Shown in pieces: positions 9,288 through 17,650 of a stretch of 64,000 nt of DNA. Numbering within the stretch: position 1 is the first letter of the stretch; each line of letters starts with the position of its first letter. A model generated the notes under the pieces. That model did no database searches. It worked only from the letters and a program-made list of their open reading frames with translations, and had not been told where the DNA came from. The stretch is from an uncultured candidate division Zixibacteria bacterium (GTDB lineage Bacteria; Zixibacteria; MSB-5A5; GN15; FEB-12): contig OY760907.1 of the NCBI GenBank assembly GCA_963664195.1, forward strand, positions 96,001 through 160,000, given 5' to 3'. A program made the position numbers and the translations under genes.

Positions 9288-11636
9288 TCAATTGCCGCCG
9301 GTTCTCAGCACACTCAACCGACTGAACAACTCTTCGTCCGGATGCAGAGAGCTTTCGTGCGGACTCCAGCCTACATCGTGGAGAAGTCTGGCAATCTCAC
9401 CAAAGTAGTCAATCTGGATTGCGATCTGCTCCATCGTCGCCTGACAGTCATTCCTGACCGCGTCAAGTGTCTCTACAATCGAACGTTTCCCGGCAGAGTA
9501 CTGCTGGAGTATTGTCTTTGCGTAATCACCGGAGAGCTGAGATGATCGTGCTGCCGGTGCATATATGGATGCCTGATTGAGCACCCTCGCCAACTGGCAA
9601 CGGACACGATTGGCCAATTCCAGTCGGACGTGATCCTTCCGGTACTGCGCGCCGGTGAGATCGGCCTTGATACGACCGCGCTCTTTGAGTCGTTGGCCGC
9701 CGTTGAACAGGGGCAATTCCAGTCGGGTGCCCACAGACCAGACGGCATGCTCTTCCTCGAAATCAGCCGTACTGCGTCGCTCATCCACCAGTCCAAATGA
9801 TGCATACAGCCCGAGTTCCGGGAGAAACCGGGCAGAATTCCCTGCCAGAAGATTGCGTTGCTGATCGACCGCCAAGTCCGCTTCCTGTAAACCGGGGTTG
9901 TTCTTTCCGACGGCCCCCACCAAAAAACCGGCAAGTTGTTCTCGTGATTCGTTAGTCGAGGTCAACAGCACAAACCTGCTCTGTCCACGCATGACAGCCT
10001 CTTCGGAGAAGTAGCGGTCTTCGAGAAAGAACGGCAGCTCGCCCGGTCTTCCCTGAAGCGTGTTCAGCACGATACCGGCGATTTCCAACCTGGCCCTGGC
10101 ATCGCTCACCGCTCGAAGAGCTTTGAAATACTCATCCTCCCAGCGGAAATCATCACCCGGGGCGTCATCACCGAGCGTCTTGCGGACACGCGCCATCTGA
10201 AGGGCGAGTTCCGCGTTGCGGAGGTACGTGACCTGCGCCAGACGAAACTGCGTAGCTTTGAAGTAATCAAGGAAAGCTATCGTCACGGCAAGTTCCAGGT
10301 CCAGGGTTGCCTGCGCCCGGTCAAGCTCCGTTATATCTCGCATCAGCCGGGCCTGCTGAATGCCCCGGATTGTCCCCAGCGAAAACAATGTCTGCTCCAG
10401 ATTGATCGAGGCGTGGTATCGTTCGTTCTCGTAGCGATCATCGTTGTGAACGGTGTTGTCATCAAAATACGAAATCGATCCCTCCGCCCGAACCTGCGGA
10501 AAATACGCTGCTTTGGCCTCCCCGGCGGCCAGCACGGCAGCCTCGAGGACGTTGTATTTTGCCTGATATTCCGGATTCTGTGACAGTGCCCGTTCGACAG
10601 CTTCCGCCAGCGTAACTCGTTCCACGTCCTGCGAGGGAGGTGATTCGACGATATTGGTGGACCTCCAGAGACCGGGCGGCAACTCGTTCCCGGTGGCGAC
10701 AAACGCGTGTTGGTTCACCCATCGTCCGATCTGCTCATCAATGACCACCGGCAAGTCGGCCGGCAGCGCCCCGATGATAATCTGGACCGCCTTCCAGGCC
10801 TGGATGCGTGCGGTGACTTCAGGCCGCTCTCCCGATCCGCCCCCCCAGGCACCGCGGCGGACATGGTACTCCCCCTCACTGCTGAAGGCACGGATGCCGT
10901 CGCGAAGAATCTGAGAGTAAAGCTGCCTGATCTTGTCGGCGGAACACCCCCAGAGAGGCGGCAGATAGACGGCATCAATATCTTTGTCGAGCGCCTGATA
11001 GGCACGGAAAAAGGCAAACGTCCCGTTCCGGTCATATCCCTCCGCGGTCACTACCTCCCACCCGAGTGCCCCGGCATAGAGATTGATATTGTCGAGAAAC
11101 GCACCGGTCTCATCGCCAGTCGGGAAGAAAAGCACACCGAGTTTCTTGACCTCGGTCAACCTCGCTATATCGTCCAGATCGTAAGCTGTTTTGTGACGAC
11201 GGATACGCACCGTCAGGTTGTCTACAATCGGCCTTCCCCCCTTGTCAACGATCCCCTCGATCAACGGATCATATCTGAAGGCTGCGATTATGGGCCTGTC
11301 GAATCCGGCGGCGAGGAGGTCTTCCACCGTCCACGGTCCGAGAGCGACGACCAGATCGATTGACCTGTCGGCGGTCAACTCGGCAGCCATCCGGCGACAT
11401 TTCTCACGGTCCCACTCGGCCGACTTGAACCCCTGCGGTACGGAAACAGCCTTGTAGCCGGCCGGGAGCATTTCGGCTAGTTGATCGCTGAAATGACGAC
11501 GCAACTCGGCGTGAGCCGGATACTCGCCCCCCTCAAGGAAGCCGATATTCCAACTGGTTTTGGTCTGACAGATGGTAGAATCAGCACCGACCAGGACGGT
11601 CAGCAGAACTAGCAGGCAATAGAAAGTAACTCTCAC
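9288..11636 (-). CDS. Fusion: periplasmic ABC substrate-binding-like domain + TolC-family outer-membrane efflux domain
   Basis: Signal peptide; N-half alpha/beta SBP-like (KKLGVLF, DIDAVYLPP); C-half TLAEAVERALSQNP, AKAAYFPQV, ARFLPELGL, LELPLFNGG. Confidence 0.7.
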   Translation of the reverse strand: MRVTFYCLLVLLTVLVGADSTICQTKTSWNIGFLEGGEYPAHAELRRHFSDQLAEMLPAGYKAVSVPQGFKSAEWDREKCRRMAAELTADRSIDLVVALGPWTVEDLLAAGFDRPIIAAFRYDPLIEGIVDKGGRPIVDNLTVRIRRHKTAYDLDDIARLTEVKKLGVLFFPTGDETGAFLDNINLYAGALGWEVVTAEGYDRNGTFAFFRAYQALDKDIDAVYLPPLWGCSADKIRQLYSQILRDGIRAFSSEGEYHVRRGAWGGGSGERPEVTARIQAWKAVQIIIGALPADLPVVIDEQIGRWVNQHAFVATGNELPPGLWRSTNIVESPPSQDVERVTLAEAVERALSQNPEYQAKYNVLEAAVLAAGEAKAAYFPQVRAEGSISYFDDNTVHNDDRYENERYHASINLEQTLFSLGTIRGIQQARLMRDITELDRAQATLDLELAVTIAFLDYFKATQFRLAQVTYLRNAELALQMARVRKTLGDDAPGDDFRWEDEYFKALRAVSDARARLEIAGIVLNTLQGRPGELPFFLEDRYFSEEAVMRGQSRFVLLTSTNESREQLAGFLVGAVGKNNPGLQEADLAVDQQRNLLAGNSARFLPELGLYASFGLVDERRSTADFEEEHAVWSVGTRLELPLFNGGQRLKERGRIKADLTGAQYRKDHVRLELANRVRCQLARVLNQASIYAPAARSSQLSGDYAKTILQQYSAGKRSIVETLDAVRNDCQATMEQIAIQIDYFGEIARLLHDVGWSPHESSLHPDEELFSRLSVLRTGGN

Positions 11637-11754
11637 CGGTACACAACTCCATAGATAGCCGTTGGCAATGAATCAACATAGCGAAAAGGCGAGGTCTTTT
11701 GAAGAGAATTTTCCCGCCCCCCGAGAGACAGAACCTGTCTTCAGAGACTCGATA

Positions 11755-12204
11755 CTACTCCAGAACCTTCTTGACAGCGTCGGACAAGTCAGTGGCACGA
11801 TACGGTTTTTGCAGAAAGCTCGTGTTTGCCACCAGCTCGGGAGGGAGCTCGGAAATGTCGACCATGTGGCCGGTGGAAATAATGGCCGGCAGGTCTGGAA
11901 TCAGCTCGCGAAGTCTACCAATGGTATCGATTCCGGACAGACCCTCCATAGACATATCCACTACCACCAGATCAAGGCCGTCGGAAGCACTCTCTGCCTG
12001 CTTAATGCCGTCTTCCCCGGACTCCGCGAGGAGCACTTCGTAGCCGGAGCGCTCGAGGATTTTCTGAGCCAGCATACGGATCATCTGTTCATCGTCGACA
12101 ACGAGAATTCTATAAGTATTGCCCAAACTTGCTCTCTCTCTTTCGGTTGCCCTTGTCCCTCTGGTGGGAATGTCGCTGCCCTTGTCCATAGGTAATTGAT
12201 TCAC
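11755..12204 (-). CDS. Single-domain response regulator (receiver)
   Basis: RILVVDDE, DLVVVDMSMEGLSG, IISTG, FLQKPY. Confidence 0.85.
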   Translation of the reverse strand: MNQLPMDKGSDIPTRGTRATERERASLGNTYRILVVDDEQMIRMLAQKILERSGYEVLLAESGEDGIKQAESASDGLDLVVVDMSMEGLSGIDTIGRLRELIPDLPAIISTGHMVDISELPPELVANTSFLQKPYRATDLSDAVKKVLE

Positions 12205-12310
12205 CTATAAGAATGTTCCGCTGGCCTTGCAACTACTTTTTTCCTTTCTCCCTGTACGGATCAAACGCCCGGCAGCCACTTGCCAGACCGAATGCTCGAC
12301 AATAAAATCA

Positions 12311-12339
12311 TTGACATCGAGAAAAAAGGTAGTTTATTG
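12311..12339 (+). promoter_or_regulatory. Candidate sigma70 promoter for the leader/ABC operon
   Basis: Perfect TTGACA at 12311-12316; the -10 match is only weak and AT-rich. Confidence 0.4.
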
Positions 12340-12420
12340 ATGAAACTATTCGGTGATTAGCGCCGTAGAGCACTAAATGCATATCTAGTACTAAAACGTT
12401 ACGGAGTGAGGTCTATTTTC

Positions 12421-12498
12421 ATGATCAACACCAATCTCAACTTCTTTGTGTCGCCTTGCGGCGCATACCGTGGCGGGATAGATATGCCTGACGAATAG
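12421..12498 (+). CDS. Putative 25-aa leader peptide MINTNLNFFVSPCGAYRGGIDMPDE
   Basis: GGAGTGAGG RBS upstream; ATG 12421, TAG 12496-12498; contains the strand complementary to the downstream terminator. Confidence 0.6.
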   Translation: MINTNLNFFVSPCGAYRGGIDMPDE

Positions 12499-12521
12499 TC
12501 ATATGCAAATTTGCAGGTATT

Positions 12522-12556
12522 GCCCGCCACGACTCATCAGTCTGGCGGGCTTTTTT
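12522..12556 (+). terminator. Intrinsic attenuator terminator in the 5' leader of the ABC operon
   Basis: GCCCGCCA-c-GAC-tcatca-GTC-TGGCGGGC followed by TTTTTT. Confidence 0.8.
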
Positions 12557-12615
12557 ATTGGCCGTCGGACCCGGAGAACCAAACGACGGAAGACTTTAAC
12601 GACAGGGCTGATAAA

Positions 12616-14412
12616 ATGACCAGCGACTTTTTTGAAGACGAACAAATGACCAAAGCCGAGGCCGATATAGGCAGCCGGCGTGCTTTCGGACGCCTGCTCC
12701 CGTTCCTGAACGAGCATCGCAGGAGCCTCGGCATATCTTTCATACTCCTGGCCGTAACCACGCTGCTCTCCCTGTGCTGGCCGATTCTGTTGAAGGAGGC
12801 TATTGACGGCCCCCTCACCAAGCACGACTACACAGGTCTGTTGCGGCTGGCCGGTGTCATAGGCGCAATCCAGATCGTCACGGTTGTCCTGCAGTATTTC
12901 ATGCGGGTCAAGCTGGAGATTATCGGGCAGGACATCATGCTTTCGCTCAAGCGGAAGCTGTACGACCATATGCTGTCCCTCGATATCGCCTTCTTTGACC
13001 GGAATCCGGTCGGACGACTGATGGCGAGAATCGAATCCGACACGGAGTCGCTTCGGCTCTTGTTCACGAACACGGTGCTGCTAGTTGTGGCCGATCTGAT
13101 CATGATTATCGGTCTCTACAGCGTCCTGTTCTGGTACAACTGGAGAATGGCGGCAATTCTCCTGACGGTGATCCCGGTTGTCGCGGTGCTTACATGGGTA
13201 TTCCACAAGACCACGACACATCGATTCCTGGAGGTTCGCAAGCGGATGGCCGAGGTAACGGCCAGCCTGACGGAGTTCCTTCACGGCATGTCTATCGTCC
13301 AGATATTCCACCGTGGAGCGTACGCCCGGGGCAAGGTATTCCGGGTCAACGAAGCCAAGTTCTCCGAAGACGCCTGGGTGAACATAGCAGTGTGCATGTT
13401 CTTCAACACGGTGTTCTTCTTTGAGTACATAAAGATTGGCCTGGTGCTGCTTTTCGGTCACCGGTTTGGATTGACGACCGGCTTGATGGTCCTGTTCCTG
13501 GTGAATATCTGGCGCTCGTTTGAGCCGATATTCAGGACCTCGGAGCAGTTGGCCAACTTCCAGAAGGGAGTTGCCGGCGCCAAGCGAATATTCGCATTGC
13601 TGGCTACCGAGCCGAAACTGGTTGATTCGGACAGTCCGGTTCCGTGGCCAGGTTTCGTGGACGCCATACGTTTTGAAAACGTCTGGTTCTCGTACAATGA
13701 CAACGATGACTACGTCCTTCGCAATGTCAATTTCGAGATCAAGGCCGGCACAAGCGTAGCGCTCGCAGGAATCACCGGCGGCGGCAAATCGACCGTAATT
13801 TCGCTGCTCCTGAGGATGTACGATCCGCAACGCGGGCGGATCACCGTCGACGGCATTGACATCAAGGAAATCCCGGTAGCGGATCTGCGGCGAAGATTCG
13901 CGCTCGTATTGCAGGACATCTTCCTGTTCCCGGGCAGCATCTCGGCCAACATCGGGCTTGAGGCCGAAGAGGTCCCGCAGGAAGGAATCGTTGAGGCTGC
14001 CGAAACGGTGGCTGCCGACGAGTTCATCCGGAAACTGCCCGAAGGCTACGATACCGAGGTCTCTGAGAAAGGAGCCAATTTCAGTCGCGGCGAACGACAG
14101 TTGCTGTCATTCGCCCGAGCACTGGCTTTCGATCCGGAGATCCTGATTCTCGACGAAGCGACATCCTCGGTTGATCCGGAAACTGAACGGACCATCCAGG
14201 GATCGCTGAAAAAGCTGATGACCGGCAGAACGTCGCTGATTATAGCACACCGGTTGTCTACGATCCTCGATGTCGATCAGATACTGGTGATCCGTCGAGG
14301 GGAAATCGTCGAGCGCGGTACTCATACGGAACTGCTGTTGCAGAACGGCTACTACTCCAAGCTGTTCCACCTGCAGTTCAAGAACAAAAACGGAGTTACG
14401 ACTAATGTTTGA
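12616..14412 (+). CDS. ABC exporter (fused TMD-NBD), multidrug/MsbA-like subunit 1
   Basis: FFDRNPVGRL, Walker A GITGGGKST, signature FSRGERQ, ILILDEATS, IIAHRLST. Start may be 12616 or 12646. Confidence 0.92.
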   Translation: MTSDFFEDEQMTKAEADIGSRRAFGRLLPFLNEHRRSLGISFILLAVTTLLSLCWPILLKEAIDGPLTKHDYTGLLRLAGVIGAIQIVTVVLQYFMRVKLEIIGQDIMLSLKRKLYDHMLSLDIAFFDRNPVGRLMARIESDTESLRLLFTNTVLLVVADLIMIIGLYSVLFWYNWRMAAILLTVIPVVAVLTWVFHKTTTHRFLEVRKRMAEVTASLTEFLHGMSIVQIFHRGAYARGKVFRVNEAKFSEDAWVNIAVCMFFNTVFFFEYIKIGLVLLFGHRFGLTTGLMVLFLVNIWRSFEPIFRTSEQLANFQKGVAGAKRIFALLATEPKLVDSDSPVPWPGFVDAIRFENVWFSYNDNDDYVLRNVNFEIKAGTSVALAGITGGGKSTVISLLLRMYDPQRGRITVDGIDIKEIPVADLRRRFALVLQDIFLFPGSISANIGLEAEEVPQEGIVEAAETVAADEFIRKLPEGYDTEVSEKGANFSRGERQLLSFARALAFDPEILILDEATSSVDPETERTIQGSLKKLMTGRTSLIIAHRLSTILDVDQILVIRRGEIVERGTHTELLLQNGYYSKLFHLQFKNKNGVTTNV

Positions 14413-16204
14413 TAAACTGAAATGGCTGGCGAAGTATTACCGTCGCCACCTCTATGTCCTCGGCGTCCTGATACTGCTCACCCCGGTGCAGACAGTTTTC
14501 CAGGTGGCGATTCCGCAGTTGTTCGGGTTCACGATTGATTTCGTGAATACCGGGACAATCCCGGATCACTTCCTGGCTCGCTGGCTCACCGATGGTGCCG
14601 CGTATCTTGGTCTGGATCCGATAGCGGCTTTCGGGCTGGGCTTCATCTGGCTGGGGTTTATCGCCAGTGTGCTGTACGCCTACGTCCAGACGCACCGTGC
14701 CTGGATGAACTGCCGCATGGAATGGCTGTTTCGTCAGGAAGCGTTCGACCGGATTACCTCGAAAGGACCCGACTTTTTCAACCGGTTCCGCACGGGTGAT
14801 CTTGTCACCAGACTGACCGACGACGTGGCCGAGAAACTGTCCTGGTTTGCCTGCTCGGGCATCTTCAGGCTGTACGAGGCGCTGTTGGTTATCGCGTTCA
14901 TCGTGGCGATGATGATCAGTATCGATCCGTGGCTGACGCTCTGGACTGCGGGGCCGTTGCCTATCCTGGTCCTGGTCTTCTTCAAGACGTCCTCGACTCT
15001 GGATCGTCGCTACGAGCATCTGCAGAGCCGGATTTCGCAGTTCAACGACACGATGGAAGCCTGCTTCTCGGGAATCCGCGTCGTCAAGGCCTATGTGCGG
15101 GAGAAGGCTCAAAAATCGAAGTTTGCCACAGCGGCTGAAGACCGTCGTCAGGCGGAGATCGACTCGGTGAAGTTTGTCACGATCGTCGATTCCATGTACT
15201 TCTACATCTGGCAGTTTTCGATGGTAATCGTACTGCTGATCGGCGGCTACAAGGTGATTAACTCCGGCCTGTCGGTCGGAAACATGGCAACGTTCATTTA
15301 TTATGTCGTGTACCTTGTTTTCCCGATGTTCGACGTCGGTCAGTTCCTGGTGAAGTCACGGCAATCGGCGGTGTCAATAGGGAGACTGATCGAGCTTGAA
15401 GATGTGCCGGAAATGGTCTCCGACAACGGCAACGATACAGCCGGGCGCAGGATTGAAGGCCGTCTGACTCTGGAGGGGGCGAAGTTCGCTTTCCCGGAAT
15501 CAGAGCGTGAGATCATCGATGACATCTCGCTTGAGATTGAGTCCGGCAAGACGGTCGCCCTCGTGGGCAAGGTTGGTTCGGGTAAGAGCTGGCTCGTGAA
15601 CATGATCCCGAGGCTAGTCGATCCGACCGGCGGAACGATCAAACTCGACGGGTTGGATCTCCGCAAGTACCGCCTTGAGGATCTGCGGCGTTCCATCGGG
15701 TATGTGCCGCAGGAACCAGTGCTGTTCTCCGACACGCTGAGGAACAACATCCTGATGGGTCGGGATGATATCCCGGAGGCGGTCGTCGATTGGGCAGTCG
15801 AGGTCGCTCAACTCAAGAGTGATATCGAGGCTCTACCGGACGGAATCGACACGCCTATCGGTACTCGTGGAATGATGATTTCAGGCGGGCAGAAACAGCG
15901 TCTTGCCCTGGCAAGGGCGCTGGTCGGCAAGCCGAGCATTCTGATTCTCGACGACTGCACCTCGGCGCTGGATTCAAAAACAGAGGCTGTCCTTTGGGAT
16001 CGGCTGCACGAAGTCATGCCGGATATGAGCGCGATCTTGATCACGCATCGGCCGGGAACGCTCGAACAGGCCGATCGAATTCACGTGCTTGAAAACGGAC
16101 GAGTCATAGAGTCCGGAACGCATGCCGAGCTTGCTGCCAGAGACGGACACTACGCCCGGATATACAAACGATACCGGTTGCAAGAAGCCGTCACGGAGGG
16201 ATAA
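14405..16204 (+). CDS. ABC exporter (fused TMD-NBD) subunit 2, degenerate site
   Basis: GKVGSGKS, ISGGQKQR, ILILDDCTSALD (D in place of the catalytic E); overlaps the upstream gene. Confidence 0.92.
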   Translation: MFDKLKWLAKYYRRHLYVLGVLILLTPVQTVFQVAIPQLFGFTIDFVNTGTIPDHFLARWLTDGAAYLGLDPIAAFGLGFIWLGFIASVLYAYVQTHRAWMNCRMEWLFRQEAFDRITSKGPDFFNRFRTGDLVTRLTDDVAEKLSWFACSGIFRLYEALLVIAFIVAMMISIDPWLTLWTAGPLPILVLVFFKTSSTLDRRYEHLQSRISQFNDTMEACFSGIRVVKAYVREKAQKSKFATAAEDRRQAEIDSVKFVTIVDSMYFYIWQFSMVIVLLIGGYKVINSGLSVGNMATFIYYVVYLVFPMFDVGQFLVKSRQSAVSIGRLIELEDVPEMVSDNGNDTAGRRIEGRLTLEGAKFAFPESEREIIDDISLEIESGKTVALVGKVGSGKSWLVNMIPRLVDPTGGTIKLDGLDLRKYRLEDLRRSIGYVPQEPVLFSDTLRNNILMGRDDIPEAVVDWAVEVAQLKSDIEALPDGIDTPIGTRGMMISGGQKQRLALARALVGKPSILILDDCTSALDSKTEAVLWDRLHEVMPDMSAILITHRPGTLEQADRIHVLENGRVIESGTHAELAARDGHYARIYKRYRLQEAVTEG

Positions 16205-16234
16205 TGGTAACAAGTATCGGTGGTGGAGTGAGAG

Positions 16235-16268
16235 AACGAGGGAGCATCTGCTCCCTCGTTTGCTTTTC
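16235..16268. terminator. Terminator hairpin between convergent ABC and gatD genes
   Basis: AACGAGGGAGCA-tc-TGCTCCCTCGTT perfect inverted repeat, T-rich tail on +. Confidence 0.75.
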
Positions 16269-17650
16269 TACTTGTGAACTCGGCGAATGAACTCCTCGAC
16301 TTCGGGCACACCGCCCTGTAAGATCAGGTAGCCGTTGTACGGCTCGCGCTCCGTAATGTCGTTGCAGATCGGGGTGAGCATTAGCTCCTTGACCTTCTCC
16401 AGATCGTTCGTCTGTCCCAGCGCCCAGCCGAGTTTCACGTAAGCAACTTCCGGCAGCATATTTTCGGTCGGGATGATCCCTTTGGCCATCAGGTCACGGC
16501 CCGTGTCGTATACGAACATGTGGACATATCCCCACAACGTCTGAACCGTCATGTAAATCGCCACACCTGCTTTGGTCGCACGCTCAATCGCCGGATAGAC
16601 CGGCTTGTTGACATGCCCCAGTCCGGTGCCGGCAATGACAATCCCCTTGTAGCCGTTGTCCACGAGAGAATCAATGATGTCCGGCTGCATGTTCGGATAG
16701 TAATACAACAGCGAGACCTTCTCTTCGAAGTGCGGCAAGATGGTCACATCACGATCCTTGCGTCGCCTGGCGTAACCCTGTTTCAGCGGTGTGATCGTTT
16801 GGCGGTCAACGGTAGCAATGGGAATGTCGCCCAGCGTTCTGAAAGTCGAACGATACGAAGAGTGCATCTTACGCACTCGCGTTCCCTGATGCAAAAGACC
16901 GTATTCATCCGAGGTCGGCCCGAACATACAAACGAGCACTTCGGCAATGTCCGACTCGGCGGCAGTCTTGGTTGCGTGAATGAGATTCAGCGCAGCATCC
17001 GATGACGGCCGGTCTGAAGACCTCTGTGAGCCGACAATCACGATCGGGACCGGGGAATTCTGCACCATGAAGCTGAGCGCTGCGGCTGTATGGTGCATAG
17101 TGTCTGTGCCGTGACCGATGACGATACCATCGATACCTGCTTCAATCTGCTTGCCGATTTCAATCGCCAGCTTTTTGTACTGCTCCGGTCCCATGTTCTC
17201 GCTGAACACAGCGAAGAGCTTGTCAGTGGTCAGATTACAAATGTCGGCCAGTTCGGGAACAGCGCCGTACAGTTCGCCCGGTGAAAATGCCGGAATCACG
17301 GCGCCGGTGCGGTAGTCGAGACGCGACGCAATCGTGCCGCCGGTGCCAAACAACTTGATATTCGGTTTGCCCTCGGAGATCGGGAATTCCTTCTCCGGGA
17401 TTTTGTAATGGGCCTCTTTCATGCCCTCGCTGTGGATATCGAGAATCGTGGCAATATCGATACCGATGTTGTAGCCGGTGATAAGCTTCAGAACGATATG
17501 CTGATCGTCATCGTTTTCGGAGCGCGGAAGAATGATGCCTTTAAACTCACCGCGAGTCGTTTTGACGACCGTGTCGCTCCAGACTGGCACGTCGAATTTC
17601 TCCAGCGTTGCGCGGGCACCGCCTTTGTAGCCTTTCAAGGTGTCACTCAT
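16268..17650 (-). CDS. gatD: Glu-tRNA(Gln) amidotransferase subunit D (asparaginase-like)
   Basis: GatD N-domain (GIILPRSE..DD.HIVLKL..GYNIGI), GTGGTIASRLDYRTGAV, GHGTDT, GSQRSSDRPSSD, RKMHSSYR, GTGLGH, MLPEVAYVKL. Confidence 0.93.
   Translation of the reverse strand: MSDTLKGYKGGARATLEKFDVPVWSDTVVKTTRGEFKGIILPRSENDDDQHIVLKLITGYNIGIDIATILDIHSEGMKEAHYKIPEKEFPISEGKPNIKLFGTGGTIASRLDYRTGAVIPAFSPGELYGAVPELADICNLTTDKLFAVFSENMGPEQYKKLAIEIGKQIEAGIDGIVIGHGTDTMHHTAAALSFMVQNSPVPIVIVGSQRSSDRPSSDAALNLIHATKTAAESDIAEVLVCMFGPTSDEYGLLHQGTRVRKMHSSYRSTFRTLGDIPIATVDRQTITPLKQGYARRRKDRDVTILPHFEEKVSLLYYYPNMQPDIIDSLVDNGYKGIVIAGTGLGHVNKPVYPAIERATKAGVAIYMTVQTLWGYVHMFVYDTGRDLMAKGIIPTENMLPEVAYVKLGWALGQTNDLEKVKELMLTPICNDITEREPYNGYLILQGGVPEVEEFIRRVHK

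Noticed and set aside
16268..17650. Plain type I L-asparaginase
   Set aside because: It has the GatD-specific N domain and overlaps gatE.
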